Shown: one piece after another, positions 24,992 through 37,900 of the stretch
How the letters are laid out: every line of letters starts with the position of its first letter
How positions within the stretch are numbered: the stretch's first letter is position 1
From: the human T2T-CHM13v2.0 reference genome, Homo sapiens
Length of the DNA: 64,000 bases
Strand: one strand, 5' to 3'
Assembly: GCF_009914755.1 (NCBI RefSeq)
Contig: NC_060946.1
Notes under the pieces: generated by a model
Databases searched by the model: none
Seen by the model: the letters and a program-made list of their open reading frames with translations, nothing else
What the model was told of the DNA's origin: nothing
Position numbers and translations under genes: made by a program

Positions 24992-25292
24992 GGCTGGCAC
25001 GGTATCTGGTGCCCATAATCCCAGCACTTTGGGAGGCTGAGACGGGGGATCATCTGAGGTCAGGAGTTGTTAGAGACCAGCCTGGCCAATATGGTGAAAC
25101 CCTGTCTCTACTAAAAAAAGATTAAAAAAAATTAGCTGGGTGGGTGGCACACTCAGTGATTGCAGCTACTCATGAGGCTGAGGCACAATAATCACTTGAA
25201 CCCAGGAGACAGAGTTTGCAGTGAGAGGAGATGGTGCCACTGCACTCTAACCTAGGTGACACAGTGAGACTCTGTCCCAAATAAATAAATAA
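24992..25292 (+). mobile_element. AluS
   Basis: Dimeric Alu with a (TAAA)n tail; copy at the same site in the paralog 50150-50495. Confidence 0.9.
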
Positions 25293-27168
25293 ATGTAAAA
25301 TACTTAAGAATAAACTTAAGAAGGTAAAACACTTGCACATTGAAAACAATAAAACATTGCTAAAAGAAATTGAAGAATACACAAATAAATGGAAAGACGT
25401 TTTTGATTATGTATTGGAAAACTCAATATTGTTAAGATACCAGTAGAAACCAAAATAAAATATACTATAGAGTCATCACAATCTTTATCAAAATTCCAAT
25501 ACTACTTGGTACAAGAATGGATATAATTCTAAAATCCAGATACCCAAAATAGCCAAAATAATCTTGTAAAAGAAGAACGTTGTTGGAATCCTGACACTTC
25601 CTGATTCCAAAGCATACTAAAAAGATACACTAATCAAAACAGAGTGGTACATATAGACAGACATACAGACAAATAGAATAGAATTGAGTGCCTTGGAGAA
25701 AACTCTCAGTTATATGGTCAAATGATTTTCAACAAGCTTGCCAAGACCATTCGTGAGGGAAAGAACAGTCTTTTTAACAAATGCTGTTGAGAAAACTGGA
25801 TATCCACATGCAATCTGGAAGTGAATCAAAGACACAAATGGGAGAGCCACAACTGAATCTTAAAAGAAAACATTGGGAAGTAGGTCCACAACGTAGGGTT
25901 TGGAAATGATTTCTTGGATATGGCACAAAAAAGACAGGGAAAACATAGAAAAAGAAGAATATAGATAAATTGCATTTCATCAAACTGTAAAACTTATGTG
26001 CAGCAAAGGACACTACCAACAGAGTGAAAATGCAGATAATAGAATGGGAAAGATTGTTACAAACTTTATATCTGATAAGGCATCCAAGCTATAGAAAGAA
26101 CTTCTACAACTCAACAGTAACAACAAAAATAGGAATAACCCGAAAAAAACAAGGACAAAGGACTTGAGTAGATATTACTACAAAAAAAGATCTACGAATG
26201 TCCAATAAGTACATGAAAAGATGTACAGCATCACCAATTATTAGTACACTGCAAATCAAATCACAATAATATACAACTCTATACCCATTAGGATGGCATT
26301 AACCAAATAACAGAAAATTAAAAGTTCTAGCAAAGATGTTTAGAAATTGCAACTGTTACGATTTGCTGGAGAGACTGCAGAATGATGCTTCCACTGTGGA
26401 TGCCTTATGGCTGTTCCTCATAAAATCAAACATAGAATTACCATTTTATCAGAATTTTCACTTCTGGGAATGTGCCTGAAAAAATTGAAAGCAAGATCTC
26501 AAAGAGAAAATTGTACATCCTCGTTCATAGCAGCATTGTTCACAATAGCTAAAAGGTGGAGGCAGCCCAAGTGTCAACTAATGAATCAACAAGATATATT
26601 ATACACACACAAGGGAATATTATTCAGCCTTAAAAAGAAAGTCTGACCCATGCGATGGCATGGATGAACCTTTAAGACATCATGCCGTCAGAAATAAGCT
26701 GACTTCAAAAGGACAAAAATTGTTTGCCAGCCCTTATATGAGGTACCTAGAATAGTTAACTCCACAGTGACAAGAAGTAAAACGATGTTTCCCAGGTATG
26801 AAGTTTGGTTTGGGAAAATAAAAAATTTGTGGAGATGAGTGGCAGTACTGTGGTTGTACAACAGTGTTAATTTACTTAATGTCACTGAAGTATACATTTG
26901 AAAATTGTTGAAATAATGTATTTTGTGTATGAATATTTTACTACAGCCAAAAAGAGGAAGATTTATGTTTGGTGCAGTTTCTCTACCTCCAAGAACAGTG
27001 GAAACCTACAGGACTAGGAGAGTGTGCATGAGTATCCAGGACACTCTTCCTTTTATGCCAGCCCCACAGCATCCAGGACACCCTTCCTTTTATTCCAGCC
27101 CTGCAGCATCCTAACAAGTTAAGAGAGTCAGACGTACCTCATTACAGGTGACTCAGAATAATATGAGA

Positions 27169-28802
27169 AAGTCTAGAGGTGGCCATGATGTTAGCGGTGG
27201 GTGCCCAACCCAGCCCAGGAGCAGCCGCAAATGCAACAGTGGCCAAAGAAGGGGAGATGAAGCTGGTGGCAGAGGTAGCAGCCCCTCCAGCTGGAGAGGG
27301 GCATCTGCTTCTGTACAAAATGGTTCACAGTTGATAAGTCTTGCATAGATGCCTCATCGTTTACCTCATGACCAACTACAGTTTTCATTGCAATGTACGT
27401 TATCATAGCAGTAATGTCTATTTCCTCCTGTAGCAAGCAAACATGAACGAAACGTGCTTTACTGCTTTGTCCAACAGGACATGTTAGTCCCAAACACAGG
27501 CTGAATGTTTAAAGGTAACGTTCTCTAAAGATAAGGATATTATACCATTTATTGATAAATACGGGGATTGCATGATGACCATTCAGACACTTGGAATAAT
27601 TACTTGGCTAAATAACATTGTTTAAACAATGAGTAAATTTAGTTATTCTTTGCAGAGCAAAAAAGATCCAAGTTTCACCAGTCCCTTGGCAAACACTACA
27701 TTTCAAACTATGGAAGGGAGACATCCTGAAATTTTGTGCTACTCTTTCTGAAGACACAGAAACAGTCAAGTCATACCTAATACTTATGAGCATAAAGCTT
27801 TGATAAAATTCAAGAATTATTTGCATTTTGAGGAAAAAGACTTTGTCGCTAAAGCAGAGAAGAACCTAAAACGGACTCCTCATAGTGAGCTAATATTTTA
27901 TAAAAAGGTGTCAATCAAGGTGTGGCTTACAAAAATACTTTCAAGGATGTTTACTTTCCAGCCATCTCACTGGACAAGAACTGGGTGGTTTTCATTAACT
28001 TTGGACTGTGCTTTAATTTCCTAAAAATGATGTCACTTACTGCCCTGAGTGACATGGGATGGGATGCTGTGGTAGAGCACACTCTGGCTGATGTCTTGTA
28101 CCTGCTGGAGACAGAAAAGGATGGGAGACACAGTCCTCCACAGGAAATCTCAAATGGGTCCCTCTTTCTTTTCAGATATGGACTTTCTGGGGAGTAATAC
28201 TGTAGGGCTTTTCTTGTTGTTGCCTTTAACTGTCTCAAATGTTCTCCCAAAGATGCTACTGAACACAGCCTCTCCTTTGAGCAAGTTAAAAGTCTGGGTA
28301 CGACTGCGAGAGGCTCCTGCCTGCCAACACTCTTTCTCCACTTTCAGTGACTGCTCTTCTTCTGAGGGCCGTAAACCAACAACTGCTCATCCCAAGATCC
28401 ACTAAGCCCTCTGGGAAATTGGTGCTGTACTGCATACCCTGCCTGCTGGGACTTGTTACATTGATGTATTTTCTAAGGAGTGAATAATCTTGTCCAAGTA
28501 ACTAACTTATTTAAAGACATTTTCTTCGGTGGGCACTGACTCCATGGCACCCGTTTTCCAAGGAGTTGGTGAGCTTGTTTCTGAGAATGCCAGAAATCAA
28601 TGTACATTCCAAATCATTCTAAAAGTGATTTCTTTTTGGTGTGGGTTTGGTTTTGTTATTAATTTTGAAATATATCTTTGAATACTGAGATCTCTGAAAC
28701 TACTAGATCTCTAGAAGTGTAATTGGGAAAGAAGGTTGCTTGCAGCTTTAACAAAATGAGAAACTCTTCCCAAATACAACCTGTTTTGAAGTTAAAAAAA
28801 AA
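27169..28802 (+). pseudogene. ASH2L processed pseudogene, internally deleted copy
   Basis: Intronless ASH2L homology ([44 protein letters not shown]), 3' UTR, polyA 28794-28802, 5' TSD AGAATAATATGAGA 27155-27168. Confidence 0.93.
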
Positions 28803-28814
28803 TGTGACATTAGA

Positions 28815-29260
28815 ACCTGCAAAATCTAAGAGTTTCCAACAGCAGTCTCAATTCTGATGCTAACTGTAAGCTAGGGACTCCCCCAACAACGCTTCACTTC
28901 TTATGATTCCCAAGAAGGACTCACATCACTCACTGAAACTTGTGACGTTTGTTGATATGATTTTTTACAACAAAAGAATGCAGATTAAAATAATTCAAGG
29001 AAGGAGGTACATGGGCAGAGTTCAGGAGAATTCCAAGCACAGGCATTCAGTTGTCCTCTCCCAGTAAAGTAATAGACAATGCTGCATTCTCCTGGCAGCA
29101 ATGTGTGATTCTGTGCATGAATTATTGCCAACCAGGAAAGCTCGCTGAAGCTTGGTGTCCAGGCAGGTTTTTTTGGGGGTGTGAGTTGGGGATGGGGTTG
29201 CTTATGTAGACCTTGTTGATCATCCTTATGGCTGACTCCGACTTGAATTTCCACTGAATT
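28815..29260. mobile_element. Old LTR fragment (MER21/MER77-like)
   Basis: Resembles the recalled consensus (GATTCC..GAAGGACTCAC, GTCCTCTCCCAGT, ACCAGGAAAGCTC); paralog at ~55860-56300. Confidence 0.45.
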
Positions 29261-29642
29261 GACAATAAAACTTCAACCTTAAATATTTGGTTATTTTCTT
29301 TTTAATAAATTCTCTAAAATAAATTATTTTGAAAATGCTCGCTTTAGCTAGCTGTTTATCCAATATGAGACTCAACATAAATAGTTTCAAAAAGCCAGTG
29401 GGTCATTAAAACAATTCCTTTAGTCATCCAAAACATTCAGATAAAAATTAACACCATGTAACACTAAAATCGAATTATAGTCACTGGGGCTGGATTTCAA
29501 CAACAGGAAGAGAAAGTAGTACAAATAGGGATGAGCAAAAAATAGACAAGTAATGGATGTGAATTGGCCTAGGAAATTTACAGTGGCAATGTCAAAAAGG
29601 TAAATCAATAGTTATTTGACAATACATGCTCAGTCCAGGAAA

Positions 29643-29657
29643 GCCACCAGGGGGCGG
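29643..29657 (+). promoter_or_regulatory. Near-consensus CTCF motif upstream of the deleted IGLV7 site
   Basis: GCCACCAGGGGGCGG; motif match only. Confidence 0.7.
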
Positions 29658-29855
29658 TCTGGGTCGTCTGCATCATAAGAAGCTCAAGGAGTTCAAACTG
29701 AATGAACCCTGCACAGTTGCTCACTGGGTCGTGTAAAATGTTAGAGCAGCTGCTTCCTCCCGCAACACACGGCCACTCTGGGCAGTCCCCTCACAGTGTG
29801 GCTGCTCTCAGGGCTGAGAACCTGGGTGGTGCTAAAGGTGGTGAATGTGGTAAAG

Positions 29856-29907
29856 ATTTGCATAAAGCACCACACAACACACCTCCTCCACACAGGGATC
29901 TCAGTAG
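29856..29907 (+). promoter_or_regulatory. Orphan IGLV7-type promoter (octamer); gene body deleted
   Basis: ATTTGCAT 29856-29863 in a context matching the IGLV7-35 promoter (56926); the sequence then jumps to the IGLV7-35 3' flank at 29907/29908. Confidence 0.88.
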
Positions 29908-30726
29908 CATCTTCAAAGGATGGGCTTTCTGAGCTAAGAGCAATAAGAAGAAACTTTCTAAACTTACTAAAATTTATTTATTGAGTTATGTTCAAAGCAA
30001 TACATGCCTATTACATAAAATCAGAAAGTATTTAAAATCACCGAGTCCTCGGCAAAGGTTCTTTATTCCAAGCAATCAATATGACTATTTTTTTTTATTT
30101 GGATGCATTCTTTCATTTTTGTTCTCAGTATTTCCACAATGGTGATCAAGCCTTGTGCTTTTTCATCTGCTTTTATACCCCTTTATGATCTAGTCATTTC
30201 AGGTTAATGTAAGTAGTGTTCCATTTCTTAAAAGGGATAAAATATTTAAATAGTTGCTAATTTTATTTTTATTTGAATACCAATGAAATATTATCATTTT
30301 TAGATAATTCTTATTGTTTGCTACTCAAACGAAGATATGATATTATCTTATTATTAAAACACTCCTGGTAACTTCTGTGGATTTTGTGAGGTCAGAAAAA
30401 AAATGCCTGAAATTTTCAGTGGAAAGCCTTGAGTACATTACACCTGACTTCACAATGCAGTAAATAGAGAAACAAGAGTTTCCGATTCATGTAAGAAGGA
30501 GCATAACAGATTAAGGTATGAGGAATAATTTATATCCAAAACTACACCAGTGTCTCCAGGCATGTGTTAGAACAGTACCCCCCAAATTCTGTTGTGCATA
30601 TGCATCTTCTGGGGATTTTACAAAATGCAGATTCTGATTCAGTGGCTCTGGAGTGAGGACACAGTCTCTGCATTTCTAGAAAGTTCCTACCACACAAAAT
30701 CCACATATATGTTTGAACAATAACAA

Positions 30727-31040
30727 GGCCAGCCAGGAGAAGAGGCTCAGGTGTGTAATCCTAGCACTTTGGGAGTTTGAGGCAAAAGAATTACTTGAGG
30801 CCAGGAGTTTGAGACCAGCCAGGGTAACGTCACAAGATCTTTTCTCTACAAAACATGTTTTTAAATAATAAAAAATGAATTAGCCAGGCGTAGTGTGGCA
30901 TGCTTGTCATCGTAGATACCTAGGAGGCTGAGGCAGGAGGGTCGCTTCACCCCAGGAGTTCAAAGCTGCGATGAGCTATGATTATGCCACTGCACTCCAG
31001 CCTGGGTGACAAAGTGAGACCTTACCTCTAATAACAAAAA
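30727..31040 (+). mobile_element. AluJ
   Basis: Diverged dimer with GAGCTATGATTATGCCACTGCACTCC; paralog at 58624-58935. Confidence 0.85.
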
Positions 31041-31161
31041 CAGCCATAACAAATTCATAAGAATAGTGTAAAATAAGGAGAAACCTTGGCAGACAATAAC
31101 CTAAGAGATATCTCAGACATAGTGAACTAATGTGTTTGGATGACAGAAGAACCCCACACTT

Positions 31162-31405
31162 GGCTGGCTGTGGTGACTCAGGCCTGTAATCCCAGCACTT
31201 TAGGAGGCCAAGGCGGGCAGATCACCTGAGGTCGGGAGTTCCAGACCAGCCCGGCCAACATGGAAAAGCCCCGTCTCTACTAAAAATGCAAAATTAGCCG
31301 GGCGTGGTGGCGCAGCCTGTAATCCCAGCTACTCGGGAGGTTGAGCCAGGAGAATCACTGGAATCCGGGAGGCGGAGTTTGCGGTAAGCTGAGATGGAAC
31401 GAGCC
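31162..31405 (+). mobile_element. AluS lacking its 3' end and tail
   Basis: Alu body ends at GAGATGGAACGAGCCACACTCCA; absent from the paralog at ~59055. Confidence 0.85.
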
Positions 31406-31799
31406 ACACTCCATGCAGGAAGACGACCAGGGAGGACAGCTGCAAAGCAGGGAGAGGCTCCCCTTTCTTTAAGAAACAAAACAAAAGCAAACAAACAACT
31501 AACCTGACCTCCCCTCTGGCTCCCATCCAACATTCTTACTAGCTTCTCATCTAGTCTTTTCTGTAGTGTAGCCCATCCTTACCCTCTCCCCTCCCACATC
31601 TCTGATTCCTGAATTCCCTTCTTGGGTCTCTCTCCTTTTCCTGTCAACCACTTCTCCCCTCTATCATCCTGAGTTAATTATCAAGAGCTTTATAGCAGGA
31701 AGCCTATTGGTATTTTTCCAGATTTTTTTTCTTGGAATTGGACATTCATACATTTTCTCTCTTTTTTTGGGGGGGTAGGGTGGGGTGGGGGTGGGGGTA

Positions 31800-32069
31800 G
31801 GGACAGGGTCTCACCCTGGTTGCCCAGGCTGTGGTCTCAACTCACTGCAACCTTCACCTCCTGACTCAAGCAATCTTCTCAGCTCAGCATCCCAAGTAGC
31901 TGTGACTATGGGCACGCACCACCACACCCTGCTAATATCTTGTATTTTTGGTAGACATGGGGTTTCCCCATGTTACCCAGGCTGGTCTTGAATTTCTGAG
32001 CTCAAGTGATCCACCCTCCTCAGCCTCCCAAAGTCCTGGAATTACAGGCATGAGCCGCTGTGCCCAGCC
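31800..32069 (-). mobile_element. AluJ-like element
   Basis: GACAGGGTCTCACCCTGGTTGCCCAGGCT...GAGCCGCTGTGCCCAGCC. Confidence 0.85.
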
Positions 32070-32656
32070 TATTTTTTCTCTTTTACGAGCCTCTCTGATT
32101 CCCTAGTTCTGAAGTAGCCCAGAGTTGGCTGATTCTCCTATTTTGCCTCAGCTAGCACTTCCTCCTTCTCCTTTTTTTTTTTCTCCTTCTGATCCCTGGA
32201 GTCCTCTGCATTTCCACTGAATCCAGTGAACCACACAAGCATGCTCATTTATTCTCCCCAAACTCCACCACTCTGCCTTATGTGCTGATCCAGTGAGAAT
32301 CAAGAAGGAAGAGAGACCCATGGATTTCTGTGCAGCCTGGAAAGTCAGTTCATGGCTGGACTTGGCTGGGACACCAGACACCTGTCTCCCTGTCTCTATT
32401 TAGTATTCATAGGGCCCAGCAGCTGCATCCTCCCAGGGTGCCTGAAGAGTCACTGACCATGCTCTCCTACCCAGCCTCAAGAAGCCACCCAGTCCTCGAG
32501 AAGTATAATCAGACTCAGCATCTTATGTGAAGGGAACAACCATGGGGACAGGTTAGACTTGCATTGAGTCCCCTCCTCTAAGAAGGGCCAGGGAAAAGGG
32601 GCTGTTCCCCCTAATCTGTGTGGCTCAGGAAGTAGAGCTCCAGAGACTTCTCTACC

Positions 32657-33152
32657 ATGGCCTGAATCCCTCTGCTGCTCACCCTCCTCAGTCTCTGCAC
32701 AGGAGGCTGGAGATAGAAAGGCAGGGACTGGCACTGGGAGGACCAGGGCTCTGCCTTGCTCCCCCGGCTCACCGAGCCACTTCCCACACCCTGTGTCTCT
32801 GTCCTGACTCTTAGGGTCCTGGGCAGTCAGGGCTCACTTGGTGGCCTGCACAGTTTGTCTGTGACTAAACCAGCCACCATCTCCTGCACTGGAAACAGCA
32901 GCAATAACGTCCTTGGAATTGTGTCCTGGTACCAACAATGAACAGGAAGTGTCCTTAAACCTCTGATCTGTGGATGTAAATATCCACCTGCAGATCCAGA
33001 ACTGATTCTTGAGTGATCAGTCTGGCAAGGAGGCCTTCCTGAGCATATCTGGGCTCCAGGCTGAGGACAAGGCTGATCATTAACGTTGGATTTGGACAGT
33101 TCTCTGGAGGCCCCCACGGTGCTGCAGTCTGTGGGGAAGTGAGATGGGAACA
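32657..33152 (+). pseudogene. IGLVI-38: IGLV(I)-38 pseudogene
   Basis: Leader ATG GCC TGA (stop); donor GT>GA at 32703; V exon from 32815 (ATISCTGNSSNNVLGIVSWYQQ*) with stops; RSS CACGGTG(33115) + 22-nt spacer + decayed nonamer; octamer ACTTGCAT at 32557; lies immediately 5' of IGLV5-37. Confidence 0.85.
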
Positions 33153-34287
33153 TTTCAGGTCTCCTAGGAGCACGACCCGACAGCACCACCTACAACTGGG
33201 AAAACTGGGCTGTTTACCATTTGTGTTCATGTTTGCTTGGGCTGGTGCTAGCCAGGGCCCAGGTCTCAGGTCAGGGACAGTGATTTAGAGAATGCAGCTT
33301 TGTTTCCTCAGAGTCAGCCCTCAGAGAAAGCCCATAGCAACAGCATTGTCAAATTGCCTCAAAAAAAATCAGAAAGTCCTTGGTTCCTGGAACAGGCTGC
33401 CCTAGGAACAGAGCCCAAATCGGTCAGAGCAAGCAGGGACACAACTGTGCAGAAAACAACAAGTTTTACTTAGGGAGATAACGGTTGACTGTATAAAATG
33501 AGAAATATGTCACACTACTCACTTGTAAAAGTAAGTTTACCAATGCTATTCATTTCCCTATATCACTACGTTGAGTAAAAACTCTAAAATGTATGAAACC
33601 ACTGTAGAGATAACTTTTGCTGAATTGCTACTTTAACATGTCATGGATCATTTATTTTTCTTGCAAAATTCTCATTATTCACCGTCCTTTTGAGTAACCC
33701 CCAGCTGCCCTTCAACCTAGCTCCTCAGCTGACCTCTTCTCCATGATGCCTACCCTGATGGCACATGTGGGCAGTTAGGTTTTTCTAGATTTTAAAAGTT
33801 ATATATGTACATGTCTACATCCCATGGACCAAGACTCACTCTGGGAGTGAGAAATCACAATAATCATGCATAGCCTTATGGAATTAGTGTCTAGCAATCA
33901 GACCATAGAGGTGTGAATAGAGACAGTGACTAATGAGCTGCAGAGATCAGCTGGGCCATCAGGAGGTAAGTGTCCTCTAACCAGCATGGGATGCTGGGGG
34001 ACTGCCCTATGGTCCCTACACAGCTGCTCAGTAAGGACCATTCACTCAAAGAAATCCAAGACTAGGGGCTAAGACCCCGTGCTCACTGAGGGGTACTTAG
34101 CATCTATGTCCTCCCATGGCATGGCAGAGTCCCCTGAGCAGGAAGGTGTGTATGGTTTCAGTAGGTGCTTTCTTCCGGAGCCCTCTCAAGGGGAAAAGCA
34201 AAACTTCTTCCTCCTCAGTCTGCAGTGTGAGCTGAGCTTCAGCCCCAGAGCTTAGAGAGGGGCTGGGCAGTCCCTGGATGAAAACAC

Positions 34288-34295
34288 ATTTGCAT
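34288..34295 (+). promoter_or_regulatory. Octamer (IGLV5-37)
   Basis: ATTTGCAT 93 bp upstream of the ATG. Confidence 0.9.
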
Positions 34296-34380
34296 GAGCA
34301 GCCCCTCCTCTGCAGAGTATGGGAAGAAAAGGAGGCCTGGGGCAGCCCAGTCCCACTGTGCATGTCAGGCTGTGTCCACC

Positions 34381-34871
34381 ATGGCCTGGACTCCTCTTCT
34401 TCTCTTGCTCCTCTCTCACTGCACAGGTAGGGACAGGCCTCAGAGATCAGGGCCAGCCACCCAACCTGATTCTGGCTCTTCTGGTAAAGATCCCTGAAAA
34501 ACCTCACCCTGAACCCTGCCCATCAACCATGAGTGTCTGTGTTTGCAGGTTCCCTCTCCCAGCCTGTGCTGACTCAGCCACCTTCCTCCTCCGCATCTCC
34601 TGGAGAATCCGCCAGACTCACCTGCACCTTGCCCAGTGACATCAATGTTGGTAGCTACAACATATACTGGTACCAGCAGAAGCCAGGGAGCCCTCCCAGG
34701 TATCTCCTGTACTACTACTCAGACTCAGATAAGGGCCAGGGCTCTGGAGTCCCCAGCCGCTTCTCTGGATCCAAAGATGCTTCAGCCAATACAGGGATTT
34801 TACTCATCTCCGGGCTCCAGTCTGAGGATGAGGCTGACTATTACTGTATGATTTGGCCAAGCAATGCTTCT
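34381..34871 (+). CDS. IGLV5-37: Ig lambda variable gene segment IGLV5-37, functional (leader 34381-34426; L2+V 34549-34871)
   Basis: [63 protein letters not shown]...[11 protein letters not shown]. Confidence 0.96.
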
Positions 34872-34910
34872 CACAGTGACACACACAGATGGGGAAGTGG
34901 GACAAAAACC
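34872..34910 (+). other. 23-RSS of IGLV5-37
   Basis: CACAGTG + 23 nt + ACAAAAACC. Confidence 0.97.
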
Positions 34911-37900
34911 TCACCCTGCTTTAGGTCTTGTTCTTAAAAAATTTTAAATTTTAAAATAACTGGCCTAGGCACAAACTACATTTGGAAGTACTTTCTAGTT
35001 GTAAAAGGCTCTTCTCTCAATTTCCCATCCATTCGTCTGAAGTCTCAGTAAAACAAAACAAAACCAAAGCAACTGATGACACTGAAGTCTTGGCTGGTTG
35101 TCATATGTGCTAACACCACTGCCTGTGGAGCTGGACTTTTGTTCTTGAAAGAAGCAAAATGAGGCTTTCCTAGCTCACATCATGGTCAGAGCCTGGGGAC
35201 AACATAGCAGGTGAACAGTGCCCTGCAGCATGGACTCTGCTCTTCCAGCGTACGGGCAGAGACCTCCCCTTCCATCCCCAGTAGTCTGTTCTCAGGGCTG
35301 TCTGTGGCTCACTGTGTCCCAGGAACAAGGCACTCAAATATGAAATGCTGCCTGAGGACACAGGTCAGGGAATTCTAGATATAGTGCTGACCTGGCTCAG
35401 TCCTGGGTACCTGCATTTCAGTGGCAATGTCAGGAGATGGGGTTAGGTATTAGGGTAACTGGGGACCTGAGACCAGTAAACCTCTATGTAGGACATGACA
35501 GGAGAGTCAAGGGGAGGCTCCACTGTGGCTGAGACAAGCCAGAGGCTGCTCCTTGGCCACGGGGGAAGTAGGTCCCATGGATGTGACTTTCCTGCAGCTC
35601 ATCCCACTCAGGACCATGGGGACTGCTGAGCGTGGGTTTCTTGATCCCTCAGCGCCTGTGTTCTCTTCTCCTCTCTTACACCATTGGAGCTTCTTGCTGA
35701 ATCAGGGTCTAGTGGTGAGTATGTGGAAAGACCACCACATCTCAAGGTCACCTTTTTCTGCATGGGGAGCAGCAGAAACATTGGGCATTCCCGTGGAAAT
35801 GGCTACGGAGGCCTCCCAGAAAGAGCCCCCAAGTTTATGACCTAGGACAGCAGTGATGGTCCCTCAGGGGTCCCAGCCTCATTCTCCTGCTCTGGGTTTA
35901 TCCACACAGCCTCCTGGAGCACCTCTCGGCTCCAGCCTGAGGACTGGCTGGTTATCAGTGTCACACAGCTGCATCCTGACTCCATGTTACCAAGGGTTCC
36001 TGTTCCATGTGGAAATGAGAGAAAGATCTCCCCACTCATCCTGTCTCCCCATCCCTCCTTTATCCCTGCCTGTGACCAACACCAGTTCATGCCAAGACTT
36101 CGGCTGTCACTTGTGTTACTGAAGCAGAGCACAAGTTCAGTAAAAATAATCCCTTTTCTTACTGGTCTCCCAATGCAAACAGAATCAATTTGTTTCTAGA
36201 AGCAAAAGGAGCTGCCCACACATGGTGGGTGGGGATGAGGTAGGGACAAGAAAGAATCCACCCTGTGTGACCCAGAGGCCCAGAAGCCTTTAGTCTGGTT
36301 CCAAAGGTGTCTCCTCCTCTTGGTGCAGTTATGCTGACCATTTCCTGAGCTCAGAAACTGTGCGAGAGATGCCAAGAATGAAGAATCCAGCCTGTGTGAC
36401 CCAGAGACCCAAACGTGAGACAGGAAGTCTGATGCTTAAGAAAACGTGGGTTCAGCATTCTGAAAGGTCTAGATATGGCTTGGCCTAGAGCTGGTGTAGA
36501 AGAGAAGCAAGAGAGATGCTCAGCCTTAGGTGGCCCAGGCACAGCGGTCCTGTCAAGGGGTTGAGCTCTCTGCAACATGGATATCCTGCAGAGACATACT
36601 TGGGGAGGCTGTGATCCCAGAATGACACAAAAATGCTAATGGAAATGAGCAGGGGATTGTTTATGGGGGAATGGGGAGACAGGTGTGGGATAAGATGTGG
36701 TAAGGAGAATGCAGCCTGAAGAGGAGACTGTCCATTGTGACTCATAGGAGGAGTAGGGCCGGGGCCTACAGTAGTGATAAAAGGAGGACCTGGAAGGACC
36801 TGGGCCCTGAAGACACACAGAGACTGGAGTTTTGGTCTGTCTGTGAGGGTCCCATGAGGATAAAAATCCATGGTCAGTGTCCTCTGTCCAGGGCTCACTG
36901 TCCCAGCTGTTGTCCCTCCTGGATCCTCTGGGTGTCCAGATTCCGTAGCTGTGGACCTGTTCTCCTCTCTGTCCTCAGCCTAAGAGCTGATGGGGCATCC
37001 ACCAGGAAGCACATCTGTGGGCAGGGAGGGGGCCATGGGCAGCCTTGTCCTGTATGTGAGGCACTGCTCAGCCTCGGTGATCCCTGTTCATTAACGTGGG
37101 AGGAAAGGAAAACAAAATTCACTGTGAACATCTATGCATCATCAAAGAAAAAGCAATGAGCCAAACAGGAAGTGAAGCCCAGCTCTAATAGTTTGTTTCT
37201 ACTTGGAAATAAATAAAACTTAATATGCCTGATGTGTTACGTAAATGCAATAAACATTTTTTGAAAGCTATAAAAATTATGTAAAGGAACATGGCTTACA
37301 CTAAAAGGAACACTTAAAATAATGACACCCTTGAAATGCAATCCCAAAACACAGCATACATTTTATTTCAGTTCCATATATGGACTGCTTTTATTTAAAT
37401 GTCTATATTAAATCTCACTATTCCATTTTTAAATGGAGCACTTAAAATCTCATTCTACGGCAACTGCCTGGTGATACATTTACCAGTGGAAATATCAACA
37501 AAACCATCCAGCTGTTTTCCTCCATCCCCATAGAATTCCCCAAACTAGTAATTATTAAGAGCCCAGGATGTATCATGCCAGAATTCATGCAGTCATAGGC
37601 ATAACCTGTTTCATTTTTCATTCTGATCAACAGAATTACAATTTTTCTTAAGCTTGTTTTTAGCTTATTAGATTCTAGTTGTCATTACAGATCAAAGATA
37701 AATAATTTTCTATCATCCTTAAGCCACCCCCATAACACTCACTACTGAATTTGAACCATAATTTTTCCCTAAAAATCCTAGTTGGGGTGCTTGATGTTGA
37801 GAGCTACCACGTATCAGGCTCACCTGAGGACAGACTCTGGTTAAACCAAGTTAAAATTTTAATTCTTCCCATCTTCAAAGACTGAGCATCTTTGCTCTTT

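Larger units (their letters stand above)
23200..26955 (+). mobile_element. Old LINE-1 (L1M/L1MB-type) ORF2 and 3' end, interrupted by FLAM, L1PB and Alu insertions
   Basis: Decayed ORF2 (FIAALFTIAKRWRQPKC) and an L1MB-like 3' UTR; paralog at ~48080-53360. Confidence 0.8.
16000..32223. repeat. Large segmental duplication (IGLV1 - L1PB - L1M - ASH2L retrocopy - IGLV7 site - AluJ), paralogous to ~38200-59557
   Basis: Colinear shared elements with the same L1 truncation point (AGGTTGYATTAAGATTTA at ~21353 and ~46080), a shared ASH2L insertion site and shared FLAM/Alu elements. Confidence 0.92.
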
